Shown: in pieces, positions 1-9,252 of the stretch
Position numbering within the stretch: position 1 is the stretch's first letter
Layout of the letters: every line of letters begins with the position of its first letter
From: Anaerolineales bacterium
Lineage (GTDB): Bacteria > Chloroflexota > Anaerolineae > Anaerolineales > DRMV01
Direction: 5' to 3'
NCBI GenBank assembly: GCA_027019065.1
Contig: JALUXH010000195.1
Location: 1 to 42,237 of the forward strand
Length of the DNA stretch: 42,237 bases
Position numbers and translations under genes: made by a program
Notes under the pieces: generated by a model
What the model was told of the DNA's origin: nothing
Seen by the model: only the letters and a program-made list of their open reading frames with translations
Database searches by the model: none

Positions 1-191
1 AGGAATTCGTGCCTCGCCCAGTCCGGTTTTATCATTTGTGTAGAGATGTTCAATTCCATAATTCAGACTCACTGAAAAGGATTTTGGAATGTGGTATTTT
101 ATACTACAAGATTAGCCCTTACAAAGGGAGGGGAGGAGGAGGCCCCGGCGGGGGTGGGGAGAGATCTGGGTAATCACCGGCTCGCCATCAC

Positions 192-219
192 TTGCCGCCA
201 CCCGTTAAACGGGTATAAT
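192..219 (+). promoter_or_regulatory. sigma70-like promoter candidate (TTGCCG, 16 nt, TATAAT) for the LysM gene
   Basis: TTGCCG at 192-197 and TATAAT at 214-219 read directly. It lies 66 nt upstream of ATG 286. Confidence 0.4.
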
Positions 220-285
220 GGGGAAAACAGCCCGTTCGTCGGGGCTGCCAACGCATGGCACAGCCCTGCCTTTCCGAGGTGCTTT

Positions 286-1065
286 ATGAGCAAAAAAGAC
301 CAGAAACCCGCGCCGGAACCTTCGGCCCAGGAAACACCTTCCCCTCAAGAGCCTGCCCCTGTTACCCCGCCCGAGGCCGCGGCAGCACCGCCGCCGTCTG
401 AGCCGCAGCAGCAGGCCTGGCTGCCCTTTCTGTTAGGGGCGCTCTCGGTCGTTTTCGTGGTCGTCGGCATCGTGCTGGTGCTGGCGTTCCTCGGCCAAGG
501 GCGCGGCATTCCGCTGTTAAGCCGGCCCACCGCCACGCCCACCGCCACCCTCACCCCTACCCCGGCCCCCACGCACACACCGACGCCAACGGCAACCCTC
601 ACCCCCACCATCACGCCCTCGCCCACGCCGACTTTCACCCCCACCCCCTCCGCACCCTTTCAATACACCGTGCAGGAAGGCGACAACCTGGCCGCCATCG
701 CCAAAAAATTCCACGCCGACCTGGTCACGCTCATGCTGCTCAACGGCCTGAACAACACCAGCACCATCTACGTGGGGCAAACCCTCACCATTCCCGCCCC
801 CAGCACCAAACGCCCCACGCCCACACCGCTGCCCACTTTCATGCCGCGGGGCTTCAAAATCCAGTACTTCGTGCTGCCCGGCGACACCCTGGGAGGCATT
901 GCAGCCAAGTTCAACTCCACCGTGGACGCCCTTGTGAAAGCCAATGACGCCCTGAAAGACGCCACTTCACCCATCTACGTCGGGCAGATTCTCATCGTGC
1001 CGGTCAACCTGGTCACGCCGCGGCCCACCCAGCCGCCCACGGCTACGCCCACACCCAAAGCCTGA
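286..1065 (+). CDS. membrane-anchored LysM-domain protein (2 LysM repeats, Pro/Thr-rich linkers)
   Basis: ORF 91-1065 trimmed to ATG 286 (MSKKDQ...). It has a TM helix (LPFLLGALSVVFVVVGIVLVLAFL) and PT-rich low-complexity linkers. Two LysM-like repeats are present (YTVQEGDNLAAIAKKF...GQTLTIP and YFVLPGDTLGGIAAKF...GQILIVP). Confidence 0.8.
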   Translation: MSKKDQKPAPEPSAQETPSPQEPAPVTPPEAAAAPPPSEPQQQAWLPFLLGALSVVFVVVGIVLVLAFLGQGRGIPLLSRPTATPTATLTPTPAPTHTPTPTATLTPTITPSPTPTFTPTPSAPFQYTVQEGDNLAAIAKKFHADLVTLMLLNGLNNTSTIYVGQTLTIPAPSTKRPTPTPLPTFMPRGFKIQYFVLPGDTLGGIAAKFNSTVDALVKANDALKDATSPIYVGQILIVPVNLVTPRPTQPPTATPTPKA

Positions 1066-1091
1066 CGGCGTCCACAACCTCCACACCCACC

Positions 1092-1124
1092 AAAAAGCCA
1101 GGCTTCTCGCCTGGCTTTATTTTA
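1092..1124. terminator. bidirectional intrinsic terminator between convergent LysM and mazG-like genes
   Basis: AAAAA, GCCAGGC (1097-1103), loop TTCTC, GCCTGGC (1109-1115), then TTTATTTT. An A-tract on one side and a T-tract on the other. Confidence 0.7.
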
Positions 1125-1139
1125 TCAAGCGGGTTCACG

Positions 1140-2600
1140 CTATGAAGCCCCGCCCTTTTCGTCCGCTTTAGCGCGCTGCCACGCCGCCTCCATTTCGCCC
1201 GGCGTCAGGGCTTCCACAGGCCGGCCGCGCTCGCGGGCGGCTTCCTCAATCACGGCAAAACGCCGCCTGAAGCGGGCGTTGGCCTTCCGCAGCGCCAGTT
1301 CGGCATCCACACCCAGCCAGCGGGCAAGGTTGACCACCACAAACAGCACATCACCGAGTTCGTCTTCCCGCGCTTCGGGGGTTTCGGCTTCCCGCACTTC
1401 TTGCAGTTCTTCGGCCAGTTTATCCCACACGCCCTGAATGTCGGGCCAGTCAAAGCCCACGGCGATCACCCTGTCTTGAATCTTCTCGGCCTCCAGCAGC
1501 GCCGGAAGCCCTTTGGGAATGCCATCCAGCACGCTTTCGGGGCGGGGGCGGCCTTCCTCTTGCGCTTTGATGGCCTGCCAGTTACGCACCACCTCATCGG
1601 CGTCGGCCACCTGCACTTCGCCGAAAACATGCGGGTGTCGGCGCACCATTTTGCGGTGGATGCCTTCCAGCACGTCGGCGATGGTAAATTCGCCTGCTTC
1701 GGCGGCAATCTGGGCGTGCAGCAAAATTTGCAGCAGCACATCGCCGAGTTCCTCGGCCAGGTGCCCCCAGGCCTCGGCGTCAATGGCTTCCAGCGCCTCG
1801 TGCACTTCTTCCAGGAAATAGCGGCGCAGGCTGCGGTGGGTCTGCTTGCGGTCCCAGGGACAGCCATCGGGGGCGCGCAGGCGGGCCACGACTTCCTGGA
1901 AGGCCTCAAACGACGCGTCGGGGCTGCGGGGCGGCACATAGAGGGCGGTCAGCAGGCCAATGTCAGGGTCGCGGTCCATTTCGTACAGCGGCACCCAGCG
2001 GACGCTTTCCTGCGGCGTGCCCGCGGCATGCACCAGCGCCACCTCGTGCTCGTCGGCATAGGCCGCCATCAGGGTCAGTTTGACCTCCGAAGCAATGGTG
2101 CGGTCGTAAATCTGGGCAATCAGCGCCGGGGCCGAAGGAGGGAAGGACGGCACGTGAAGCGCTGCCAGTTCCAGCGCATCCACAAGGGCCGTGTGAGGGA
2201 AAGCGTCGCGGCCCAGCGCCCGGAAGGTGGGTTCCAGAAAACTGAGTCCTTCCACCACCCGCAGGGGGATGCCTTCCTCGCGGGCCCGGCGGGCGAGTTC
2301 CCGCCCGGTGATTTCGGCTACGAAGGGGTGGCCGGGCACGGCATACACCACGCCTTCCGGCCGCTGCGCCAGCGCCAGCACGCGCGCCACGATGGCGTCA
2401 TAGACCGCTTCAAAGGTGTCGGCCTGCTCATAGAGGCTATCGAAGGAATGCACCGCCAGGCCGGGCGGGAAAGCCGCCACGACAGGGTGCTTGGCCGTGC
2501 GCAGGTAAACCTCATCGGCCGAGGAAAGCACTTCCCACGCCTCGCGGGTGAGTTGATTGGGGTTGCCGGGGCCCAGCCCCAGCAGGGTGAGGGATGGCAT
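1140..2600 (-). CDS. mazG: YabN-type fusion: tetrapyrrole-methylase-like domain plus tandem MazG NTP pyrophosphohydrolase domains
   Basis: N-terminal LTLLGLGPGNPNQLT methylase-like fold. C-terminal MazG repeats (EEVHEALEAID...ELGDVLLQ and ...ELGDVLFVVVNLAR). ATG 2600 with GGAG 6 nt upstream is preferred over TTG 2645, which lies inside the repeat array. Confidence 0.8.
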   Translation of the reverse strand: MPSLTLLGLGPGNPNQLTREAWEVLSSADEVYLRTAKHPVVAAFPPGLAVHSFDSLYEQADTFEAVYDAIVARVLALAQRPEGVVYAVPGHPFVAEITGRELARRAREEGIPLRVVEGLSFLEPTFRALGRDAFPHTALVDALELAALHVPSFPPSAPALIAQIYDRTIASEVKLTLMAAYADEHEVALVHAAGTPQESVRWVPLYEMDRDPDIGLLTALYVPPRSPDASFEAFQEVVARLRAPDGCPWDRKQTHRSLRRYFLEEVHEALEAIDAEAWGHLAEELGDVLLQILLHAQIAAEAGEFTIADVLEGIHRKMVRRHPHVFGEVQVADADEVVRNWQAIKAQEEGRPRPESVLDGIPKGLPALLEAEKIQDRVIAVGFDWPDIQGVWDKLAEELQEVREAETPEAREDELGDVLFVVVNLARWLGVDAELALRKANARFRRRFAVIEEAARERGRPVEALTPGEMEAAWQRAKADEKGGAS

Positions 2601-2621
2601 GATGGGCTCCAATCGTGTTGC

Positions 2622-2737
2622 CTGGTCAATTAGTCGGTTAGTCAACTGGTCGGGTAGTCGTTTAGTCGCCTGGTCGTCGGGCGGCGTTGCGCTTTCCCCG
2701 ACTACCCTGACTACCTGACTATCTGACTACCCGACTT
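2622..2737. repeat. two convergent arrays of 8-nt-phased repeats (7 x nTrGTCnn, then 5 x GACTAy) around a 15-nt centre
   Basis: Left array 2622-2677: ctggtcaa ttagtcgg ttagtcaa ctggtcgg gtagtcgt ttagtcgc ctggtcgt. Right array: GACTAC at 2700, 2709 and 2725, GACTAT at 2717, GACTT at 2733 (8-9 nt spacing). The right units are the complement of the left units. Confidence 0.75.
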
Positions 2738-2751
2738 GTTAACGCAACACG

Positions 2752-2772
2752 CCCCTGCACCGCCGGCAGGGG
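2752..2772 (-). terminator. possible terminator hairpin after rpsI (weak U-tract)
   Basis: CCCCTGC/GCAGGGG 7-bp stem with a 7-nt loop, about 36 nt downstream of the rpsI stop. The downstream sequence on the minus strand is only moderately T-rich. Confidence 0.3.
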
Positions 2773-2807
2773 AACGCGTTGCCAATATAAACACAGCAAA
2801 ACAGGGG

Positions 2808-3203
2808 TTAACGCTTGGTGTAGGTTGGGGCCTTGCGGGCGCGCTTGAGGCCGGGCTTTTTGCGCTCTTTGACGCGCGGGTCGCGCGAGAGCAAGCCCTT
2901 TTTCTTCAATGCGGGGCCAAATGCTTCGTTGAATTTGACGAACGCCCGCGCCAGGCCGAGGCGCACCGCGCCAACCTGCCCGGTCACACCGCCGCCCTTG
3001 ACCAGCACGGTGACATCATATTTTTCGCGCGGTTCGCCCAGCACGGTAAAGGGCAAAAGCACGTTGTCAAGGTCGCCCACGCGCGGGAAGTATTCCTCTA
3101 CCGCCTTGCCGTTAATGATGAACTTGCCCGAGCCTTCCATGATGCGCACGCGCGCGGTGGCTTCCTTGCGACGTCCAACACCTTCGTAATAGCGAACAGC
3201 CAT
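2808..3203 (-). CDS. rpsI: 30S ribosomal protein S9
   Basis: MAVRYYEGVGRRKEATARV...KAPTYTKR. ATG 3203 has GGAGG 9 nt upstream. TTG 3212 from the ORF track abuts the RBS and was rejected. Confidence 0.95.
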   Translation of the reverse strand: MAVRYYEGVGRRKEATARVRIMEGSGKFIINGKAVEEYFPRVGDLDNVLLPFTVLGEPREKYDVTVLVKGGGVTGQVGAVRLGLARAFVKFNEAFGPALKKKGLLSRDPRVKERKKPGLKRARKAPTYTKR

Positions 3204-3235
3204 AAAATCCAACCTCCTTCGTTTCCAGCCGCCGT

Positions 3236-3664
3236 TTACAGTTCAAGCCGGCGGGGCTTCTGCGCTTCGTGGGGATGATCAGGGCCGGCATACACCTTGA
3301 GTTTCTTGAGCAGTTTGCGGCCATAGGCGTTCTTGGGCAACATTCCCCACACTGCCGCGCGGATCACCCGCTCAGGATGGCGCTTGAGTTGCTCGCGCAG
3401 GGTGATCTCCCGCAAGCCGCCGGGGTAGCCCGAGTGCCGGTAGTACTTTTTCTGATCCATCTTCCGGCCTGTGACCCGCACGCGCTCGGCGTTGACGACC
3501 ACCACATAGTCGCCGTTATCGACGCCGGGGGTGTAGTTGGGCTTGTTCTTGCCCAGCAAGATGGCCGCCACACGGGTTGCCAGCCGCCCTAAGGTCTGGT
3601 CGTTGGCGTCTACCAACACCCATTCGCGGGTAATTTCAGCGGGTTTCGGATAGTATGTTTTCAC
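3236..3664 (-). CDS. rplM: 50S ribosomal protein L13
   Basis: [29 protein letters not shown]... is a classic L13 N-terminus. GTG start with GGAGAGG upstream. Confidence 0.95.
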   Translation of the reverse strand: MKTYYPKPAEITREWVLVDANDQTLGRLATRVAAILLGKNKPNYTPGVDNGDYVVVVNAERVRVTGRKMDQKKYYRHSGYPGGLREITLREQLKRHPERVIRAAVWGMLPKNAYGRKLLKKLKVYAGPDHPHEAQKPRRLEL

Positions 3665-3733
3665 CGTTAAACCTCTCCAAACAAGTTGGGGCGTGAAATG
3701 TTAGGTCGTTACTTCGTTACCTGGTGCCTGGTT

Positions 3734-4531
3734 TCAGGGAGCGCCGCCCAGCCAACGGGCTTCGGTTTCCAGGCAACGCTGCAATGCGGCCTCGTCGTAG
3801 CATACGGTTTCCAGGAACAACCCCTGGGGCGGGGCCAGGCCCTGCAAAGGGTGGGAAGGCGGGTTTTCCAGCGCCGCCTGCAGTGCAGCGAAGGCCATGC
3901 GCCCCTGCGCCACGGCAACCTGCAGCGCCACCATCCGCCGCACCATGCGGTAAAGGAAGGCGTCGGCCACCACGGTGAACGCCCAGGCGTGCGGCCCGGC
4001 CTGCGCCCAGGAAGCCCGAAACACCGTACGCACCGTGGTGCCGCGGGGGTGAGGCGGTGTGCCGAGGGCGGCGAAGTCTTTCCGGCCGGGGAAAAGCGCC
4101 GCAGCCTGCTGCAACGTCTCCGCCTGGGGGGCAGGCCACACCCGCCAGGCATACCGCCGCCAGAACGGCAGGCGCTGCGGTGCGGCGTAGAGGTAGTACA
4201 CATAGCGCCGCGCCACCGCAGCGTAACGGGGGTGGAAACCTGCGGGGGCGGGCTGCACAGCCTGCACGGCCACATCGGCAGGCAGGTGGGCGTTGAGGGC
4301 ATTTTGCAGCGCCTCGGCGGGATGCCGCCAGGCCAGTTCAAAGGCAATCACCTGGCCGCGGGCGTGCACGCCGCTGTCGGTGCGCCCGGCGTAGAGGATG
4401 GTCGTTCCCGCCCAACCCAGCCGCCGCAGCGCCTTTTCTACCTCGCCCTGCACCGTGCGGCCTCGTGCCTGCCGCTGGAAGCCCACAAAGCCGCTGCCGT
4501 CGTATGCAAGGATCGCCTGGTAAAGTGCCAT
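3734..4531 (-). CDS. truA: tRNA pseudouridine(38-40) synthase TruA
   Basis: MALYQAILAYDGSGFVGFQRQ...YAGRTDSGVHARGQV contains the catalytic Asp motif RTDSGVH. It sits between rplQ and rplM as in Firmicutes-type clusters. The start could instead be at 4564. Confidence 0.85.
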   Translation of the reverse strand: MALYQAILAYDGSGFVGFQRQARGRTVQGEVEKALRRLGWAGTTILYAGRTDSGVHARGQVIAFELAWRHPAEALQNALNAHLPADVAVQAVQPAPAGFHPRYAAVARRYVYYLYAAPQRLPFWRRYAWRVWPAPQAETLQQAAALFPGRKDFAALGTPPHPRGTTVRTVFRASWAQAGPHAWAFTVVADAFLYRMVRRMVALQVAVAQGRMAFAALQAALENPPSHPLQGLAPPQGLFLETVCYDEAALQRCLETEARWLGGAP

Positions 4532-4588
4532 GGCCCACCGGACGCCGCACGGCGCCCTGAACAAGCGGGCTTCGCCCGCAAAAGGGAA

Positions 4589-5002
4589 TTACTCTTCCAC
4601 CAGTTCCAGCAGCACCATTTCCGCGCCGTCGCTCAGGCGGGGGCCGAGTTTGAGCACCCGGGTGTAGCCGCCCGGCCGCTCGGCGTAGCGCGGCGCAATG
4701 TCATCAAAGAGTTTGTTGACAATGTTGATGCGTTCTTCATCTTCACTTCCACCGCCGAGGTAGGCGCTGCCCAGGCGGGCAGCCACCACACGGCGGGCAT
4801 GCACCATCGCCGCGCCGCCGGCCGCATTGCCGCGCCGGGCAATGGTAATCAGCCGCTCGGCTTCGCTGCGAATGGCCTGAGCTTTGGCCCGGGTGGTGCG
4901 GATGCGCTCATGGTAAAACAATTGCTTAATCAGGTTCCGCCGCAGCGCCTTGCGGGCGTCTTTGGAACGGCTGAGTTTCTTACCGGCAACTTTGTGTCGC
5001 AT
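4589..5002 (-). CDS. rplQ: 50S ribosomal protein L17
   Basis: MRHKVAGKKLSRSKDARKALRRNL... ATG 5002 has GGAG 8 nt upstream. Confidence 0.95.
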   Translation of the reverse strand: MRHKVAGKKLSRSKDARKALRRNLIKQLFYHERIRTTRAKAQAIRSEAERLITIARRGNAAGGAAMVHARRVVAARLGSAYLGGGSEDEERINIVNKLFDDIAPRYAERPGGYTRVLKLGPRLSDGAEMVLLELVEE

Positions 5003-5023
5003 GATTCTCACTCCGTGATGCGC

Positions 5024-5995
5024 TTAGTCTTCGTCTTCCAGCAGGAAGCCCTTTTCGCGCATTTTGCTCAAAAGCTCATCCAGGCTTTTCTCACCGAAGT
5101 TACGGATGGAAAGCATCGCTTCTTCGCCTTTGCCCAGCATGTCCAACACCTCGCCCACCGTGGTCACTCCGGCGCGCTTAAGCGAGTTGAACACCCGCAC
5201 GGAGAGGTCCAGTTCCTCCAGGGGGGTTTCCATCATTTCGCTGGTCAGGCCGGCGTGCCACACTTTTTCTTTGGGTGCAGAGGGGCGCGGGGTGCCGAGA
5301 TCTTCTTCGCTGATGCCCGCGATGTAGCCAAAGTGGGCCACGAGGATCTGAGCCGCGGTTTTCAATGCTTCTTCGGGTGTGATGGTTTCGTCCGTCCAGA
5401 TTTCCAAAATCAGGCGGTCATAGTTGGTGCTCTGGCCGACGCGCGCCGAGGAGACTTCCCAGTTGACGCGCTTCACCGGCGAAAAGATGGCATCCACAGC
5501 CAGTTCGCCGATGGGCAGCTGGCGGCTGCGTTCCACGGCAGGGGAATAGCCGCGGCCGCGCTCCACGGTCATGGCCATTTCCAGCGCGGCATCGGGGTCG
5601 TCCACCGTAAAGAGGTAGAGGTCAGGGTTGACGATTTCCACTTCCGGCGGGGCAATGATGTCGGCGGCGGTGACAATGCCTTCTCCGTGAATTTCCAGAT
5701 ACAGCAAGGCGGTGTCCACACCGTGGAGTTTGAACCGCAGCTGCTTGAGCTGCAGGCTGATTTGCAGCACGTCTTCCCGCACGCCGGGGATGGCGCTGAA
5801 CTCGTGCAGCACATTGGAGAGGCGCACGGAGGTTACTGCCGCGCCTTCCAGCGAAGAGAGCAACACCCGCCGCAAGGCGTTCCCCAAAGTCACCCCATAG
5901 CCGCGCTCCAGGGGGCTGATGACAAAGCGGCTGTAATTGAGCGCTTCCAGGTCGCGCTCAATGCGAGGTGTTACCATATTACCCAAACCGACCAC
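5024..5995 (-). CDS. rpoA: DNA-directed RNA polymerase subunit alpha
   Basis: N-terminal domain (FVISPLERGYGVTLGNALRRVLLSS). C-terminal domain (LDLSVRVFNSLKRAGVTTVGEV). Confidence 0.95.
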   Translation of the reverse strand: MVGLGNMVTPRIERDLEALNYSRFVISPLERGYGVTLGNALRRVLLSSLEGAAVTSVRLSNVLHEFSAIPGVREDVLQISLQLKQLRFKLHGVDTALLYLEIHGEGIVTAADIIAPPEVEIVNPDLYLFTVDDPDAALEMAMTVERGRGYSPAVERSRQLPIGELAVDAIFSPVKRVNWEVSSARVGQSTNYDRLILEIWTDETITPEEALKTAAQILVAHFGYIAGISEEDLGTPRPSAPKEKVWHAGLTSEMMETPLEELDLSVRVFNSLKRAGVTTVGEVLDMLGKGEEAMLSIRNFGEKSLDELLSKMREKGFLLEDED

Positions 5996-6028
5996 AGTTC
6001 ACCCCTTCCCTGGGCATTCACCCAAGCA

Positions 6029-6670
6029 TTAGCGCGAATAGTATTCCACGATGAGTTGTTCGTTGATGTTGCTGTCAATTTCGCCGCGTTCGGGCAGGCG
6101 TTCCACCCGGCCGGTCATGGCGTTCATATCCCGGCTCAGCCACGCAGGCGGGGTTTGTTTTTCAGACCATTCGGGCAGCACCTGCTTGAAATAGCCGCGG
6201 CGGCGCGATTCGGGGCGGATGCCCACTTCGTCGCCCGGGCGCAACAGCATGGAAGGCACATCCACCCGGCGGCCGTTGACGGTGAAATGCCCGTGGGTCA
6301 CCAGCAGGCGCGCTTCGGCGCGGCTGCGGGCAAAGCCCAGGCGGTAAATCACGTTGTCGAGCCGGGATTCCAGAATCTGGAGCAAATTCAAGCCCGTCAG
6401 GCCGCGGCGCTGGAGAGCGACTTCATAGTAGCGGCGGAACTGGCGTTCCAGCACGCCGTAGATGCGGCGGGCGCGCTGCTTGGCGCGCAGCTGCCTGGCA
6501 TAGTCCGATTCACGGCGGCGGCTGAAGCGCGCCATACGCCCGTGTTCTCCGGGCGGGTAGGCGTGCCGCTCCATCGGGCACTTGTTGGTAAAGCATTTTT
6601 CGCCTTTCAAGAACAACTTTTCGCCTTCACGGCGGCAAAGTTTGCATGCGGGTCCCAGATATTTAGCCAT
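6029..6670 (-). CDS. rpsD: 30S ribosomal protein S4 (Cys-rich Zn-type N-terminus)
   Basis: [32 protein letters not shown]... followed by an S4 RNA-binding domain. Confidence 0.95.
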   Translation of the reverse strand: MAKYLGPACKLCRREGEKLFLKGEKCFTNKCPMERHAYPPGEHGRMARFSRRRESDYARQLRAKQRARRIYGVLERQFRRYYEVALQRRGLTGLNLLQILESRLDNVIYRLGFARSRAEARLLVTHGHFTVNGRRVDVPSMLLRPGDEVGIRPESRRRGYFKQVLPEWSEKQTPPAWLSRDMNAMTGRVERLPERGEIDSNINEQLIVEYYSR

Positions 6671-6691
6671 AGATCTACCTCAATCCCCAGA

Positions 6692-7093
6692 TTAGACACG
6701 CCGCTTTTTGGGCGGGCGGCAACCGTTGTGCGGCACAGGGGTGACATCCGAAATGGACAGGATTTTCAGGCCCATGGCCTGAAGGGCGCGCAGGGAAGCA
6801 TCGCGCCCGGGGCCGGGCCCTTTGACGAAGACATGCGCGGCGCGCATGCCCATATCCATGGCCGCTTTCACGGCCTGCTCGGTCGCCAGCCGGGCGGCAA
6901 AGGGCGTGCTTTTGCGGGAGCCCTTGAAGCCGGCGGTGCCGCCACTGGCCCACGCCACCACGTTGCCGTGGTCGTCGGTGACCGAAACCACGGTGTTGTT
7001 GAACGTCGCGTGGATGTGCACATGCCCTTGAGGCAGATGCCGTTTGATTTTCCTGGCGCTGGTGCGCCGTCGGGAACGCGTATTCCTCGCCAT
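6692..7093 (-). CDS. rpsK: 30S ribosomal protein S11
   Basis: ...[30 protein letters not shown]...[13 protein letters not shown]. Confidence 0.95.
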   Translation of the reverse strand: MARNTRSRRRTSARKIKRHLPQGHVHIHATFNNTVVSVTDDHGNVVAWASGGTAGFKGSRKSTPFAARLATEQAVKAAMDMGMRAAHVFVKGPGPGRDASLRALQAMGLKILSISDVTPVPHNGCRPPKKRRV

Positions 7094-7162
7094 AGACCTT
7101 GTTTCTCCTCAATAGCAATCTCAGCAGGAAGGCGGGCAGGCACCCGCCCGAAGCACAGGGCG

Positions 7163-7552
7163 TTACTTTTTCTTGGCGCCGCGGCGGCGGCCTCGTCCGG
7201 CCACGGTTTTCTTCGGGCCTTTGCGCGTGCGGGCATTGGTGCGCGTCCGCTGACCGTGCACCGGCAGCCCCATGCGGTGCCTCAGCCCGCGGTAACTGCC
7301 GATTTCAATCAGCCGCTTGATGTTCATCTGCACTTCACGGCGCAGGTCGCCTTCCGTTTTGTAATTGCTGCTGATGAACTCGCGCAGGCGGGCAACTTCT
7401 TCATCGGTGAGGTCTTTCACCCGCGTGTCGGGGTTGACATGCGTGGCGGCCAACACCTCTTTCGCCCGCGACCGGCCAATGCCGTAAATGTAGGTCAGGG
7501 CGATTTCAACTCGCTTGTTGCGTGGTAAATCTACACCTTCAATACGCGCCAT
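7163..7552 (-). CDS. rpsM: 30S ribosomal protein S13
   Basis: [26 protein letters not shown]... Confidence 0.95.
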   Translation of the reverse strand: MARIEGVDLPRNKRVEIALTYIYGIGRSRAKEVLAATHVNPDTRVKDLTDEEVARLREFISSNYKTEGDLRREVQMNIKRLIEIGSYRGLRHRMGLPVHGQRTRTNARTRKGPKKTVAGRGRRRGAKKK

Positions 7553-7556
7553 GGTC

Positions 7557-7670
7557 CTACCCCTGTCGCTGTTTGTGTCGAGGATTGTCGCAAATCACAT
7601 ACACCCGCCCTTTGCGGCGGACGATTTTGCACTTGGAACAGCGCTTTTTTACAGACGCAGATACTTTCAT
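7557..7670 (-). CDS. rpmJ: 50S ribosomal protein L36 (Zn-binding form)
   Basis: The last 37 aa of ORF 7557-7766 read [40 protein letters not shown] at 7670. Confidence 0.9.
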   Translation of the reverse strand: MKVSASVKKRCSKCKIVRRKGRVYVICDNPRHKQRQG

Positions 7671-7715
7671 CGCTTGGCTCTCCTTCGTTCTTGGCTCGTG
7701 CCTGGCAAAGTTGAA

Positions 7716-7744
7716 ATTATACCAGACCCTTCCGTTCCCGTCCA
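7716..7744 (-). promoter_or_regulatory. internal promoter candidate for the rpmJ-rpsM-rpsK-rpsD-rpoA-rplQ block (TGGACG, 17 nt, TGgTATAAT)
   Basis: On the minus strand, TATAAT is at 7721-7716 with an extended TG at 7724-7723. TGGACG is at 7744-7739 with an exact 17-nt spacer. Confidence 0.5.
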
Positions 7745-7762
7745 GGTGACAGAAAAAGGGCT

Positions 7763-8536
7763 TCAAACCACCGTGAGAATGCTGGGACCGTTTTCGGTAA
7801 TGGCCACCGTATGCTCAAAATGAGCCGTCAAGCTGCCATCGGCGGAAACCACCGTCCACTGGTCGGGCAAGACGCGCGTTTTTGGGGTGCCTATCAACAC
7901 CATCGGTTCCAGGGCGATGACCATGCCCGCCCGCAACATCACGCCCCGGCCGGGGGTGCCGTAATTAGGCACCGAGGGGCCTTCGTGCATCTCGCGCCCC
8001 ACCCCGTGGCCGGTGTATTCGCGGGTGACATGGTAACCGCGGGATTCCACATAGCGTTGAACTGCCGCGGAGACATCCCCAACACGGTTGCCCGGGCGCA
8101 TTTGCTCAATGCCGATATAGAGCGCCCGCTCCGTCACCTCTAACAACCGCTGGGCCTCGGGAGAGATTTCTCCTATGCCCATGGTGAACGCCGAATCTCC
8201 AACATAGCCTTTGTAAATGGTGCCGCAGTCAATAGAAACAATGTCGCCTTCACGCAGCCTGCGCCGCTTGCTCGGAATGCCGTGCACCAGTTCTTCGTTG
8301 ATGCTGACCGTGATGGTGGCCGGGTACGGATACGGCCCGGGGTAGCCCTTGAAGGCCGGCACCGCGCCGTGGCTGCGGATGACCTCTTCAGCCACGGCAT
8401 CCAGTTCGGCCGTGGTCACGCCCGGGCGGGCGGCTTCCCGCACGGCCTGGAGCGCGAGGGCGTTGATGCGTCCGGCTTCCCGCATGATGCCGATTTCGCG
8501 CCGGCTTTTGAGCACAATCTGGCGGTCCCAACTCAT
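7763..8536 (-). CDS. map: type I methionine aminopeptidase
   Basis: Metal-ligand context is present ([37 protein letters not shown]). ATG 8536 forms an ATGA overlap with the adk stop. Confidence 0.9.
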   Translation of the reverse strand: MSWDRQIVLKSRREIGIMREAGRINALALQAVREAARPGVTTAELDAVAEEVIRSHGAVPAFKGYPGPYPYPATITVSINEELVHGIPSKRRRLREGDIVSIDCGTIYKGYVGDSAFTMGIGEISPEAQRLLEVTERALYIGIEQMRPGNRVGDVSAAVQRYVESRGYHVTREYTGHGVGREMHEGPSVPNYGTPGRGVMLRAGMVIALEPMVLIGTPKTRVLPDQWTVVSADGSLTAHFEHTVAITENGPSILTVV

Positions 8537-9198
8537 GCGCGTTTCGCTTCCTTCGGCAGAGCCACCCAAAGCGCCTCGGTCACTTTGCCGATGGGCTGGG
8601 TGCCGTCAACATCCACCAGCAAGCCGCGTTGCCGGTAGTAAGCGACCAGCGGCATGGTCTGCTCCAGATACACCCGAATGCGGTGGCGCACCACTTCGGG
8701 CCTGTCGTCTTCCCGCTGGTAAAGTTCCGAGCCGTCGTAATCGCACACACCCGGCACTTTGGGCGGGTTGAACTTCTTGTGGAAAATATGCCCCTGGGCT
8801 TTGCAAATCAGCCGCCCGGAAAGGCGTTCCACCAGTTCGTCTTCCGGCACATTGATGAACGGCACCACGCCCACCTTGCCGCCCAGGTCGGCCAGCATGG
8901 CATCCAGCGCTTCGGCCTGGGCAGGGGTGCGGGGGAAGCCGTCCAAAATGGCGCCGCGGCCGCAGTCGGGGCGGGAAAGGCGCTCCCGAATCATCGCGAT
9001 GGTCACATCGTCGGGCACGAGTTCGCCTTTTTCCATATATTGCTGCGCCATCTTGCCGAGTTCGGTCCGGTTTTTCAGGTTTTCGCGGAAGATGTCGCCC
9101 GAAGAAATGTGCGGCAGGCCGGTTTTCTGGGCCAGGATTTTGGCCTGGGTGCCCTTGCCTGCGCCCGGCGCACCCAGCAGCACAATGAACACCGACAC
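8533..9198 (-). CDS. adk: adenylate kinase
   Basis: P-loop LLGAPGAGKGTQA. The LID segment CKAQGHIFH...CDYDG keeps only 2 of the 4 Cys positions seen in Zn-type LIDs. Confidence 0.95.
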   Translation of the reverse strand: MSVFIVLLGAPGAGKGTQAKILAQKTGLPHISSGDIFRENLKNRTELGKMAQQYMEKGELVPDDVTIAMIRERLSRPDCGRGAILDGFPRTPAQAEALDAMLADLGGKVGVVPFINVPEDELVERLSGRLICKAQGHIFHKKFNPPKVPGVCDYDGSELYQREDDRPEVVRHRIRVYLEQTMPLVAYYRQRGLLVDVDGTQPIGKVTEALWVALPKEAKRA

Positions 9199-9252
9199 GG
9201 CGAACCTCCAGAGTCAGGAAGGCGACCGACGCGAAGGCCGGCCGCAAGCGCG

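Noticed and set aside
525-660. Pro/Thr-rich tract as a possible tandem DNA repeat or contingency locus
   Set aside because: The PT repeats are imperfect at the nucleotide level and in frame within a plausible LysM protein linker. This is an ordinary low-complexity linker.
2622-2737. Possible CRISPR array
   Set aside because: The repeat unit is only 8 nt with no spacers, and the two halves are mutually complementary. No cas genes are present. I reported it as a tandem/inverted repeat instead.
3686-7528. 1280-aa plus-strand ORF spanning truA to rpsM
   Set aside because: It is antisense to seven well-supported minus-strand genes. Its composition is Arg/Gly/Ala/His-rich and low-complexity, with no recognisable motifs. 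This is the classic stop-codon-poor shadow frame of GC-rich DNA.
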